Positions 1 to 13,000 of a stretch of 64,000 nt of DNA are shown here, piece by piece (within the stretch, counting starts at the first letter, position 1; each line of letters starts with the position of its first letter). Source of the DNA: Setoptus koraiensis. Taxonomy: Eukaryota; Animalia; Arthropoda. Position numbers and translations under genes: made by a program. Location of the stretch: NCBI GenBank assembly GCA_048013815.1, contig CM106586.1:23250001-23314000 (forward strand), read 5' to 3'. The notes beneath the pieces were generated by a model. It saw only the letters and a list, made by a program, of their open reading frames with translations, did no database searches and was not told the origin of the DNA.

Positions 1-3000
1 AAACGCACACAGACGCACAGTTGGCTGTGCTTGCCTGTTTGCCAGCATTACCATACAAGTCGAATTGGCCTCTGGAGCAGCACTTGACTAGTGGCACTAG
101 CAGTCTTCACTGGTACAGCAGTCTTGTACAGCAGTGGTATTGCAGTGAAATTCTGCCACCAACTTGCAGCGCCCGTTGGTGCTGCGCAGAGGCACAAAAT
201 GTGCGCTTTCTTAATCTGTGAGCCTCGCTCCTAACGATCCTTTGTTAGAGTGTTCTGCGTGATATCAGCGCAACGCAGGCACACGATGTTCGTTTTGGCA
301 CATCTTGTGCATTTGAATCATTCCAAGGAGTTGTAGTGCAGCACTTGAAGCTCAAGTCTTGGACGTTTCATTCTAGCTTTTTCGAAAAGAAATCAACGAG
401 AGAGGCGCCACACTGCTTCCTCGATGCAACACAACAGTGAGCTGAATCGTTTGCTCGGATAGTGGCGCGACTCGCGCGAGTGAACAAGTCAAAAAAGAAG
501 AAACATCCATCGGAACAGCACTGCATTGACCGGTGTATGCTTGTGCGATCGCAACGCCTCAAGCGGAATTTCCCTGCGATGTTGTTTGCATGCAATTCCG
601 TTGCAGAGAGCGCACACTGTACAATGGTACACGACTGTACGGTATACATGGTGAGGAACAAACAATGAAAAAGTTGTACGGAAAATGAAAAAACGAACAC
701 ACTCACTTGGCGCCCCTTTGGTTATTTATTGTTGAATATGGAAACAGGGTGCAACAAGAGATAGACCACAAACTGGCAAGGATTTAGTTTATTATTGAAC
801 TCTCGTTTGCATCGCGCTGTACTTTGTGTTTGCCGTTTGTGTCACATTACAGTGTAATTTCGAACGCTTGTTCTCCGCTAGAACTTGTGCCACTCTTGTC
901 GGCAACTTACTTTGTGAGCGCCTCACCCGTCCGACACACACACCCCTCTTTTCGAGCAGCGGCTCGCGACCGACCGACTTATCTACGACACCGAATGGTC
1001 CTATCACCGACCGACGCACCGGCCTTGCGAAGGGCCGCCCGACCCGCGCACCGAATGGCCTTGCTGGACGTCCGGCCTCCGAGCTAGTTTCGAGTGCCCG
1101 AGTTCGCGAGCGAAAGGAGGAAGATCCCGACAATCCGCAATTATCGTCGTTATCATTCCATTTTGTTGGCGCTCGAGATTTGTACGCGAGCACCGGACCA
1201 TTTACAATTGCTGGCCGGATTCCAAGTAACAAGCTCGTTGAATTGCAACAAGTCCTACATGGCCCCCATGTGTACATGGCTCATGTAGTATGGGGCATCC
1301 AAGTGTGTTATTGGCGGCAGTACTACATGCATCACTGTTTGTGTGTGTGTCCAGTCTTTTATTATGTAATTACTGCAAATCATTGGTGTCATAAACAATG
1401 GAGCAACGGTACGGGATTAACTATATGGCTGCAAACAACACTAATTAGAATCACATGTCCGACCAACGATACAATAAACAAGTAACTTAATTGCTCACAA
1501 CATTCTAATAGCCAAAGAGCTGTCCCTAAGTACCATTGGCACAAACTCACAATCAATCACAATCATAAACAAGTGCATATTACAAGTGTCCGGCGATTCC
1601 GTGCGCGATAATCTGTTGGGTGTCGACCAACTTTTGATAAGTCGGCTCAACACACCGGCACACAGGATTCCTATGATAGCAAATCTCTTGTATGTCGATG
1701 TATACATTATCACACATTATCCATCCAGATCGACATGTTTTCGCTTGTTGGCCAAGTTGTTAACTTGTTACTACGACTGGCGAGTTGTGTTGTTAACAAC
1801 TTGTTGTTTTCTCGTATCAACTTCAATTTAAGCACGTAGCCATATCACTTATTAAGTTTAACTTGTTGCCATCGCTTCCAACCAATGTACAGCGCTAACT
1901 GATAGTTGATTACCGCCAATTGCCATTAGAAGACAAAATTTATGATCGAAACAACGCGTTTATTGTTGTCTGTCAGCGGAGCCGAGTCGGTCTCCTAAGA
2001 GTGTTATACCACTGATGAATCCTATCCACTATGACCCACCCACCAAACAATTCCAACCAAATCTACGAGTCCGTGGTACCACAATTTGTGAATTTGTCCC
2101 TTTCTTGCCCACCACTCTTGTATGACCTCTACTGAGGGGCATCGATGCTATAGAACGAACGTCCATGTGCACTCTATCTTTCTACAATTGTTAACGCTGA
2201 ATTGGAGGCATTAGGATTAATTTGTTTTTATACTTACTTACAGAGCCCCTACTTGGCTCACCGAAGCGCCTCTGGCTAACCATAACGTCCGAGAGACCAT
2301 AACTCTCACGTGGGAAAACACATTAATGTCATACAAATGTGCATGGTTGCCTCGTTTAAGTTGGTGAAAGAGCTTCTTGTTTTCAATATTATCGACTGCT
2401 CCACATTTCACTGTTTCACAACACGTGCTCTCTACTAAAAGAGCGACAACAGGGGCTGGACGGTGTATACTGAAGCTTGTTGGCGTATTTCTGGTTGAAA
2501 TGTGTGTATTTGAAATGGGCCAATTCTCACGATAGCGGACGTTTTATTGATTGTCTCTGCATTATACAATAGCAGTATTGTTCGAGCGTCAAGTGAATCC
2601 TCTTGCGTGGTTATCATGTTATTGTCATTGGACAGTCGTGAATGGCTAACAAGAGCGGTCGATTCATTTGTATAAGTTTGTATTCACAAAAAGAACACAT
2701 TGTATTTGGATTCTCTATAAGGGACCAGAAGTATCATGAGCGATGCGAGGTTATTGTGATCGATGGGGCTAGCTCTGGGGAGGCGATGTGTTCTCACTCA
2801 CAATGCGTATGTTTGTCTAACAAGTGTTGTAACTTACAACTTGAAAGTGCGCCGCCGAGGCGGCCTGAAAAACGAGCGGAAATCCAGCGGAAAAAACGCT
2901 ATGCCCAAAACCCGTGCCATATGCTTACCATGAGGCTGACGAAAAGTTGGCGCTAGACTCCGGAGAGCAAGCTCCTGAGAAACGGCTCTCACATCTGAAG

Positions 3001-3278
3001 AAGCCACGCAATGAGAGCCCAAACACCCAAGTGGCAGAGAATAAATGGAGTTCTAAATAAAGATTATGGGTGTTGTAGCGACCAGACGTGATGTCTAATC
3101 AGCGATTGATAACAAATCAACAAGAGAAAAAAAGAAGAAGAAAAAACGTAACACTCGTCGAGACACTGACGCGAGCGCCCCTCGTGTCTGTTTCTCGAAC
3201 TGCGGCCAGAGGTAGTGTTCGGGCAGTAAGGGCAGCACACACGGCTTATTGACAAAATGGCACTGCCTATTGCCTATT

Positions 3279-3575
3279 GCCTATTGCCCGAATGGCAATA
3301 AGGGCAATAGTGGCAATAGTGGCAATAAGGGCAATAAGGGCAATAAGGGCAATAGTGGGAGTGAGGGAGTGAACGGGAGAACATGGGAGAACACGGGAGA
3401 GAATGGGAGCGGCGTCCCGGCAGCCTGTCCCGCGGCTTCTCTCCCCACCATTCTCTCCCATGTTCTCCCATGTTCTCCCGTTCACTCCCTCACTCCCACT
3501 ATTGCCCTTATTGCCCTTATTGCCCTTATTGCTACTATTGCCACTATTGCCCTTATTGCCATTCGGGCAATAGGC
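3279..3575. repeat. Near-perfect foldback/inverted repeat (128-bp arms, 41-bp loop) built from GGGCAATA(A/G) and GGGAGAACA units
   Basis: 3279-3406 is the reverse complement of 3448-3575 with 2 mismatches (3321/3533 and 3394/3460). It is flanked by TGCCTAT repeats (3264-3288) and perfect 16-bp (3595-3610) and 20-bp (3603-3622) palindromes of the same unit. Confidence 0.97.
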
Positions 3576-3925
3576 GGGCAATAAGCAGCGCCCTTATTGC
3601 CCGGGCAATAGGCCTATTGCCCGCACACTAGCCAGAGGTATCGGCAGATTTCCACCCAGTACTACACACTGTGAGGCTCACAGTGTGAGCGTTTTTCCCT
3701 ATGTCCTTTTGCTAAGTTCATTTTTATTCCGCCAGAAGCGCGCATAATAACTATTTAAACCGGCTGTTTTGAGTCTTGCATCTCGATTTCAAGGAAAAAA
3801 AACCGAAAGTATCCACTCACATTTTATAGTATTAATTTGTCAGACCAAAATAGCATTCTTATGTATGATTTCCGGCACTAACAAAGTCATTCTCACTAGA
3901 ATACAAACCAAAACAGTACTCCATC

Positions 3926-6541
3926 ATGGTTCTTCAACAGGTTTTTGATGATAGAAAATTCACTGGGATTCGTCTGCCCACAACGTGCAGACCCATTACT
4001 TACTCGTTGACTTTGGAGCCGGATTTGAAAGCTTTCACCTTCAGAGGGTCGGTAGGGATTGATGTGGAAGTGACCGAAGCATTAAATCAAATTGTTTTGA
4101 ACGCTGTCGATCTCAACTTCCAAAGTGCCTCTTATATAGCCGATGGCGAAACATTTGAGGTCAGCCGTGTAATATTAAGCAATCAAACGGAGACAGCTAT
4201 TCTCACATTCGGCAAGCCACTCAAGCCGGGCGCTGGCAAACTTAATATAACATTTGATGGGACACTCAACGATAAACTGAGAGGCTTCTATCGAAGTAAA
4301 TACGTCGCCCCTAACGGCGAAGAAAGATATGCAGCCGTTACTCAATTTGCACCAGCTGATGCAAGGCGCGCTTTCCCTTGTTGGGACGAGCCGGCCATTA
4401 AAGCTAAATTTGATATAACTCTCGTGGTTGACACTCAACGTGCTGCATTGTCAAACATGGTCACTATTCAAGAGAATACCATTGCCGATGGTAAAAAAGT
4501 TGTTAGGTTCGGCACTACTCCAATCATGTCGACTTACCTGGTTGCGTGTGTTGTAGGAGAGTTTGATCATGTCGAAGACGTTTGCAAAAATAGACCCATT
4601 CGAGTCTTCACACAGCCGGGCAAACGAGAACTGGGAAGGTTCGCTTTGGATGTGGCTGTCAAATCTATTCTATACTACGAAGAATACTTTGCAGTGCCAT
4701 ACCCACTACCAAAAATGGATCTCGTTGCGATACCCGATTTTTTATTTGGTGCTATGGAAAATTGGGGTTTAGTCACGTACAGAGAGGTGCGCCTTCTCGT
4801 TGATCCAAAAAACACATCTACTCAAACGAAACAGTCTGTAGCTTTGGTGGTTGCTCATGAAATCGCCCACCAGTGGTTTGGTAATCTGGTTACGATGGAA
4901 TGGTGGACACATCTGTGGCTAAATGAAGGATTCGCATCTTTTATGGAATATTTATGTGTAGACCACATATTTCCTGAGTATGATATCTGGTCTCAATTTG
5001 TTACAGATGAATACGCTAGAGCATTGGAGTTAGATGCGCTCCATAACAGTCATCCAATAGAAGTGCCTATCGATCACCCCTCAGAGATCGCCGCTATTTT
5101 CGATGATATCTCTTACAAAAAAGGATCGTCGGTAATAAGAATGCTGCATAACTACATTTCGAATGAATGCTTTAGGTCTGGTATGAAAGACTACCTGACA
5201 AAGTTTGCATACAGTAATACTTCGACTGAACACTTGTGGGGCGCGTTGGAGGCTGCTAGCTCTAAGCCAGTCACCAAAGTGATGACTCAATGGACAAAGC
5301 AGATGGGCTTTCCATGGTTATCGGTGACATGTAGAAACGAGGGTGCGTGTACGGTTGTCAAAGTAAATCAAAGCAAATTCGCTTCTGATGGTAAAATCTC
5401 ACCCGAAGAAAGCAAATTGACTTGGATGATACCGGTCGCAGTTAGCACGGGTGCTTCTCCTAGTGAGACAGCAAAAGAAGTTCTATTAGAGAAGGCGTGC
5501 GATGAAATCGAACTTGAAAATGTCGGCGACAACTGGATCAAGTTTAATCCAGGTACCGTTGGACTGTATCGAACTGCTTATTCGCAAGAAATGATCAAGA
5601 AATTTTTGCCAGCAATATCCGACAAAACTTTACCACCGTTAGACCGATTTGGTATACAGAGCGACTATTTTGCTCTTTGCCAAGCTGGTGCTGTTTCAAC
5701 AGTCGAACTGCTCCAATTACTAAGTGCGTTCTCCAGCGAGAATAATTACACAGTCTGGTCTTCAATCGACCGCTGTCTAGGCCGGCTCAATATACTGTTC
5801 TCCCATACTGATTTTCAGGATCTGTTCCATAGTTACGGTCGTGAATTATATTATGGGATCTTTCGTAAACTTACTTGGACGTCGTCTTCCGATGAAAAAC
5901 ACACGGACTCTTTGTCTCGAGCCTTGGTCATTGGTCGTCTCGTTTCATTCGACGATCAAGGAGTTATAACTGAAGCCAAAAAACGTTTCTCCGATCACGT
6001 CAGCGGGACCTCCCTGATACCCGCTGACCTGAGGAGCGCAGTCTATAAGGCGGTTGCCGCTCACGGTGATGACGAAATGTTTGAATCCATCTTTAAAATT
6101 TATCGGCAGTCTGATCTCCAAGAGGAGAAGAATCGGGCTGCTACGGCCCTTGGCTATTCCAAGGATACAGCCCGCATAAAGCGAGTAATTGAATTCGCCA
6201 TGTCCGACGAAGTGAGGAATCAAGACAAGGTGTCCGTCATCATATCTGTAGCGATGACCACGAAAGGTCGTGAAGCAGTTTGGGAACTTTTTACAACACG
6301 TGCAAAGGATTTGAAAGAACGTTACGCCGGAGGAATTCTCATGAATCAACTGATTAAACATTCATTTGAAAATTTGGCCAGCGAAACAAGCGCTTTGCAG
6401 GTATCTCACTTCTTCACTGAGAACAAATTCCCCGGATCAGAGCGAGCTATTCAGCAAACAGTTGAAACTATTCGCTTGAACGCGGAATGGCTTTCGAGAG
6501 ACAGCGCTGCAACAAAAGCTTTCCTCGCTGCCTCTAGTTAG
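3926..6541 (+). CDS. NPEPPS: Puromycin-sensitive aminopeptidase (M1 family), intronless, 871 aa
   Basis: GAMENWGL exopeptidase motif, HEIAH(X)18E zinc-binding motif, N-terminal 'RLP...P..Y.L.L.PDL' and 'KLRGFYRSKY..', ERAP1-like C-terminal domain. Uninterrupted ATG-to-TAG ORF. Confidence 0.95.
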   Translation: MVLQQVFDDRKFTGIRLPTTCRPITYSLTLEPDLKAFTFRGSVGIDVEVTEALNQIVLNAVDLNFQSASYIADGETFEVSRVILSNQTETAILTFGKPLKPGAGKLNITFDGTLNDKLRGFYRSKYVAPNGEERYAAVTQFAPADARRAFPCWDEPAIKAKFDITLVVDTQRAALSNMVTIQENTIADGKKVVRFGTTPIMSTYLVACVVGEFDHVEDVCKNRPIRVFTQPGKRELGRFALDVAVKSILYYEEYFAVPYPLPKMDLVAIPDFLFGAMENWGLVTYREVRLLVDPKNTSTQTKQSVALVVAHEIAHQWFGNLVTMEWWTHLWLNEGFASFMEYLCVDHIFPEYDIWSQFVTDEYARALELDALHNSHPIEVPIDHPSEIAAIFDDISYKKGSSVIRMLHNYISNECFRSGMKDYLTKFAYSNTSTEHLWGALEAASSKPVTKVMTQWTKQMGFPWLSVTCRNEGACTVVKVNQSKFASDGKISPEESKLTWMIPVAVSTGASPSETAKEVLLEKACDEIELENVGDNWIKFNPGTVGLYRTAYSQEMIKKFLPAISDKTLPPLDRFGIQSDYFALCQAGAVSTVELLQLLSAFSSENNYTVWSSIDRCLGRLNILFSHTDFQDLFHSYGRELYYGIFRKLTWTSSSDEKHTDSLSRALVIGRLVSFDDQGVITEAKKRFSDHVSGTSLIPADLRSAVYKAVAAHGDDEMFESIFKIYRQSDLQEEKNRAATALGYSKDTARIKRVIEFAMSDEVRNQDKVSVIISVAMTTKGREAVWELFTTRAKDLKERYAGGILMNQLIKHSFENLASETSALQVSHFFTENKFPGSERAIQQTVETIRLNAEWLSRDSAATKAFLAASS

Positions 6542-6775
6542 AGTCTAATTTGTCCTCAGAAATTCCCTCTTCCTCATCTCAACTCTGAAAAGTTCGACGT
6601 CCTCACATGTTGGCGTTGGATGTAGACGATGAATTAAGGAATATGAGACAAATGTGCTGTAATTATTCAGTTATTATTCTTCGCTTTTTATTTTCTTCAA
6701 AATTATTGATTATTTATGAGAGCAGATATCTCATATTAAATTAAGTTAAAATAGTTGTGTGTTATGCTAACTGTT

Positions 6776-7067
6776 TCACTCTTGTTCGGTGAGCATTTTC
6801 TTCAATGAAAATGTTTTCAATTCAACAAACTCTTTGGCCACCTCATCGTTAGTTCTCTGCGACAATATCCTCAGCACCGTCCAACCCGTTTCGTCCATGT
6901 GTATTCTCTTGCCTAACGGTACCCAACCGGCTGCACTATTCTGGCCTAGTACATCCTTCATCTGAAGAATGGCCACACCAACAGGTCTGTGTTCTCTTAG
7001 TAAACAATAATCCTTGACCACAACGTGCAACTCGTAGCATTTTGGTTCTTCCTCGTTGCCAATTGGA
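6776..7067 (-). CDS. unc-13: unc-13 last coding exon (C-terminal half of C2C)
   Basis: Acceptor ctctag|T; reads [30 protein letters not shown]...[13 protein letters not shown] to TGA at 6778-6776. AATAAA at 6687-6692 on the minus strand. Confidence 0.95.
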
Positions 7068-10000
7068 CTAGAGACAATAATGAATGGATAGATTCGTGAT
7101 GAAATGAAATATCGGGAATAACGGAGAATGAGTGTTAGATATAGCTGATCGTTTGTAGTTGAAGGTTAGTTGTTGGGTAAATCAAAATTTGACAGAATAC
7201 GGAATAAGTACTTACAAGACAAATGTTTCATTGTATTTGGGCGACCAACTGCCACTCTTTGATTTGGTGGCGTATTTTCGTTTCTTATCACTCAAATGTG
7301 GACCAATAAGATTGACCTCAACGAAAGGCTTGAAGCTGACATTTTTGGACCATTTCAATTCACTGCAGCCAATTATTTTCACCGTAACCTTGTGTTCGCC
7401 ACTGCCCGGATGCGTAGATAAATCCACTTGAATGTGTATCTCGCCCATACTGTCTTCTTGAGCTGGAAGATCTTGTTTGTTCTGAGTGGTCACAAATGTC
7501 TTGATGAGTGTATCTGTTGTTTGTGTATACAAAGATAATGCGTGTTTCAATGATTGCAATTCGGCGCTTTTCTCTAGGAAGGCTTTCTTAAGACCGTTGC
7601 CATTAGCAAAGAAGTATTGCTTAATTGATTCCAATGCAAAATCCAGCACCATACATTGTTTCATTGAGAGATTTCTCTCAAATTGAAGCGCCTCAACGAC
7701 ACCCAAGGCACCTGGCAATTTGTTTGTGTTGACATAGTTCCTATAGAGTCGAGACACGTCTTCTATTTTGGTGTTGGGCAAATTATGCAATAGTGTCTTC
7801 TCTGTCATAGGTGGCAAAACAATTGATTTTTCCAATGAGTGAATGGCCAATTTCCATAATTCTTTGAGCAATCGCTTGAGTACGGGTCGCTCGCAGAATT
7901 GTGCTAGCATGTGCAGTTTTTCGTCAAGCAATTTCATCAATGGATCCGATATGTGATCGGCGGCCGCCTCAATCTCTTGATTGTTCATGAGGAAACCCGG
8001 TCCGACGCCATTGTTGGCAGCTTGGGCCCCCGTTTGATTGGCCACAGCGCCAGGACCGTTGGCTATGGATCCTCTGAGTTGAGACAGTAGCATGCCCATG
8101 TCGTGCACACTTTGCTTGATGACGGGCTTCATGCTCTTGGAGAAAATGGCACTCAATTCGTCGAGAACCTGATTGAGGGCCGTCTGAAGATCCTTGAGAA
8201 TGTTGGCCGCGTCGGCCTCTAATTGGGCGCCGCCCATTGATTCAAACATTTTCTCTAGCTGAACGCGCATCTGTTGTATGTTGTTCATTAGAATGCAGGC
8301 CGTTTTCTCTTGGGCAACATAATTTGGAAATTCCTTTTTCAATATATCCGCGTAGGCCGTCAACACTTTCACTATGGTCTTTGCAAAGCGCTTCATATAA
8401 CGCTTTACAATTTCCGGATCGGGACATTCCAATTTACTGATGACATCGAAGCATTGTGTTAATTGTGTAAATATATCTACAACACTATTTGAGAATAGAG
8501 TGTGCTCTGAGCTTTGTGGGAAACCATCGTTTTTATCACGTAAAAAGGCACTATTTAAATATTCTAAACTAACGTCGTCGTTTTCATTTAGCCACTGCAT
8601 CACAAATGGCTCAAACCAAGTGGGATATTCGGGAACTTCGTCTATCAATTGTGGTACGTCCTTACAATAGGTATTATAGAACCATTTCACTTTAAAATGC
8701 AAATTCATGTAAGCGGAACTCTTGCACAATCTATGCTGCTCGTGTTCCTCCAAGGCAAATTTCATATCTATGGCAAACAATGACCACATTGTGGCCGCAG
8801 ACAAGTGACCAATATTTAGCTCCTGGGGAAACTGGCTCAATACGGGCGCGTAGCTCTTCTTGTCCTCGTCTATAACGCTGACCATTAGATCTACTAGACT
8901 GTGCCAAAAGTCCAAATTGGACAAACTGGGTCCGTGCTCCTGTTCGGTTGTTTCCTTTTTGCCGTCCTTATTGTCTTGCTTGTCCGCGCTAGTCTGGCCG
9001 TCCATTTGAAATTCGCTACAATTCTCAAACAAAAACTGATAAGTGGACCTCAGACACGCCTTGGCGCAATCTTTCACGACGGAACTGGCTCTAGGCGGAC
9101 TGGACAATTCTTGTACTTTCATGCGGAAAAAAGTGATACTGGTCAGCAGATCCACGGTGGACTTGAGATCCTGCAATCGTTCTGTGTTTGAGGCCGGAAA
9201 GTTGTTCTATTTTGGTGACAGCATTTGAAATTGATTGGTTCAAAAAACAACAACAATTAGATTCAGCACATTCGCTCCTGTGATCAATTCAATCAGTCTC
9301 TTTGGGGGCCAGCAAGGGCCTACTTACCCTGTACATGGACAGGTCAATTCTGAGCGAGTTGTGCAACTGGTCCAACAATTTGACGAATTTGTCTTTCTGT
9401 TATTGGATAATGATAATAATTATGATAATAAGAAAGGAAAATGTTCAATGGGGGCCCCTTGATGTGAGAATTGTGCGCGACAATATGATGATTTATGGGC
9501 TACTTACGCCAAAGTTGGAGGCCGCAAATCGGTCGCTGGCGCTCACGGCCGACGAGGCCGCCGTGTGAGCGTAGTAGGCATTTATGTTGGCCAAAAGGGT
9601 TGACATAACGGCCGGCACGCCCGAACAAAGGTACTTGGTGGACAGACAATGGAAGTGGCTGTTTGTCGTGTGTGTGTGTGTTATTTCATTTCCGGTATTG
9701 GGCCGTTGCGTTTGCACCAGAGTTGTTGTGCATAATGTCGGCAGCCGATGGCAAGCAAGCAAGATAATAGAGTTTGATTGAATTTGTGTTCCATATCAGC
9801 GTCCAATTAGCGATCAATAGTGGATTGGAGTGGCACCATTTTGTTGTCGGTTGGGCGCGTTAGTGCCAGGTGAAATGGCGAGGTGATATGATACGATTGT
9901 CGGGCAAGAAAGAGTTACATTTATATGCATTTATTAGATTAGTGTGATACACAGTTGCGTGACGGACCGATCTAATGATGCCTGTGAGCCTATTGTGGGC

Positions 10001-13000
10001 TCGCCACTGGTGCTTTATTGATTTAATAAAACACAAACACAACCATAAAAGACCAGCCAGCGAGTGTGTATAATTAGATTATAGTTGCAGCGGTAGGCTG
10101 GCAGCCAACACTAATTACTTACGTCATAGCTTGAAATATGGACTCAACTCCGTAGCGCATGGCAAATTCGTCTATAACATCTTGCGCCGGATACTCAAAA
10201 TAGGTTTTCCACGAGTCCTCTGACTGGCTCTGATTATCGGTATGGTTGTCGTTGTTTGGCGCAGATAAGAGATAAAAGAGAAAGCGAATTATCGCATGGT
10301 ATGAGTTTTGGGTTAGCGTAAATTAGTGTTGCTCGTAGCGATGCATAGTTGGCCATTAATCGCAGTCAGCCAGCCAGCCACTAGGGGCCCCAAGAGCCGT
10401 CCAGCCCGCCAGACACCTCTGACCAGCCGGCCCTGATGTTTATATCGAGCCTGGCGAGCTTACATCAGGTTGATATTAATATTATGGCTTTGGATGGGCG
10501 TGTGGGGCGTCAACTTACATTATCAATCTTGGGCAACTTAACTCCATTATCGACACTTTGCTCGTGGAATATATTCTGTGTGTATGTGTGTGTTTGTTGA
10601 TAAATCGATAGGTAAACGCGGATTGTGTTTAAGGGTTAGTGTTTGCACAACCTATCAATTACTATTACTTTCACTATGTCTAGTGTCCACTAGCTATCTG
10701 CTGGACAGGCCAGGCACTTACCTCGTGCAAACAGGTGTACTGGATATGATATGGGGCCACTTTCTCTTCGCCTTTTATTTCCACGTTTATGTGCAAACGG
10801 ATGGCGCCCGACACGGCCGATTTATCTGTTCGTTTTTCCAGATTGTACCAGACGTCCATTTCGCCACTCAATGTTCTCACTTCTATGATGGTTTGACCCA
10901 AGAAATCATCCGATTCTCTAGTTAATTTTTGCCTTAGGCGCGACTTGAGATCGTTGTCTTCATCCCAAACGCGCACCTTTATACGATCAGATGAATTATG
11001 GCACTCGAAGGAGAATTTCTCATTCCACACAGGATTGAGATCTTGACTAATGGTCTTTGTTCGTTTCTTTGTTTTGCCCACTTGACAAGTGACATAGGGA
11101 TCACTAGTGCCGCCCTTGTCCTTAGCTATCAATCCTTGGGCACATTTAACCGTTATGGCAATCTTGGCCGACCATTTACTGGTGCCATCTAGCACGCTCT
11201 GTTTCACTGCCTTCATGTGGCCAGCGTGTGATTTTTCATCCACCTTGAACACTTCGCGTATTAATTCAAATATTTCCGGTTTCTCTTGTTCCCTAATGCG
11301 CATTCTCTCTTTCATGGCCATTATAATATTGTTGGCTCTGTCCTCGGCGCCGTGTTTGCTTGATTTTTCCGCAGCCCGTTGCAAACAATCGGCATTCAGT
11401 AGATCTTTGCATTTCTCGTGACATTTAACACCGCACTCGCTGCATCGCACCCCCTGACGACTGATGCCCCACAAGAAACCCTCGCATTCGTAACAATACG
11501 TGGGCCCTGTTGCTGTCCAGGCGGCGAAATTGTGCGGCGTTGTGTCCGAAATGGGATATATCAGACCCTGCAAGGCCTTCTTGTAGACGTGCATCTTGAG
11601 CTCCTCGTCGTTTAGCGACGCCCTGGGCATTGCCGAGGCCAGGCCCGCGTTGGCGCGCTTATTGGCGGCCATGGTTTTGAGTACGAGCTCGCTCACCAGA
11701 GGTATCGACTTCTTTCTGGGCCGCATGTTTGTCAGTGGATCGATGCCCGAAAAGAAGGGATTGTCGCCCGAGCGCGACCAGAGGCTCTTGTTTCCATCGC
11801 AACTGCTTTGACGGGCTCCGCTCTATTTTTGTTGTACCAAGGGTGGCAATTCAATTCGGGAGAATTCGTTTCGGGTATCAATACGCGCCAAAAGGTAGTA
11901 GATATTGGGCATGGATGGCGGTAGAAAATATAGAGTAAATATAATATAATAACGGTTAGATAACGGGATACGCAAGACAGGTGATGTGAGCTTTATATCA
12001 TTGAGGTCACTGCAGTCGCCCGATGTATTTATTGAGTTGCGTTGATTTTGGCCAGACCAGACGGGCCGCAACCGGCTATTGGCAAATACACGCGCCGCGC
12101 TCGGACACCCGGCCTGAAATAGCGGACTTAATAATAACGGATAAACAAACAGCCAATGGCAATCTAAACCAACAATAATATTAGTAATAAAAATAATCTC
12201 TTCGTCAAGTTGAGCAGCTACAACTACAAATAGAAAACATTTGCCGGCCTCTTTTTCGCTCTGCCAGAATAATCTTCTTATTTTTTATCTCGTGTCTCTT
12301 GTAAGCTAGTGTAAGTGTAGTGGATACCAACAACAAACAAACATGTGCGAGCGTGACCAAACGGGCCCAACAAAGAACCTTTCTCCGTTGGCCCCTTTTC
12401 GATCCGACTGTGGAATGCAGTCCATTTGACCTTATCACTCACAAAGGGCCGGCCAACACATTCTGGCAGTATTCTTTGGCCTTTTAATTCTTTATTAAGC
12501 TCATTTTTGAGTGGGAAAAAGTGGGCCCGAACTGGACACTGGCACTGTCACCTTGTGCCAGTGACACTTGCGATCGCTCTGGCACCTTCTTTGACACACT
12601 GGGCGCGTCTTATCTATTCTTCGGTGGCGCACATAAACACGACGGGAGACTCTCTCTTTCTCTCCCTCTCGCTCCCATTGAGAGTATACAGCTAAAATAG
12701 ATTAACAACAACTTGCAGTAGTATTTATCTTCACCGTTGATCAAGAATAACGCCAGCAATCTAGCTAAGAATCATGTTAGGTGCGGGCCGGCTGAAAGGT
12801 GCTAAAAAGTCTCGCCTGTCCCACTTCTGTCGTCTCAATGATTGATCGATCGTTGGATCAGCGAGCCGCACGAAAATGAGATGAGCTTGACAGGGCAGAA
12901 ACGAACAAGTCATTCATATCCAGCGGCCCGAGAGCAATCTCCATATTGGATAAGAAGCGATGTCTCGGCTGTATCCGTTGCAGTGGCTGTCGTTGTCGCG

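Noticed and set aside
2244-2370. Possible Ig-like exon APTWLTEAPLANHNVRETITLTW after a cag acceptor
   Set aside because: It lacks the Ig cysteine, ends in a stop, and has no linked exons.
3249-3631. Four overlapping ORFs with GNKGNSGN and CPYCPY repeats on both strands
   Set aside because: They are translations of the foldback's short repeat units; near-identical proteins on opposite strands follow from the inverted repeat.
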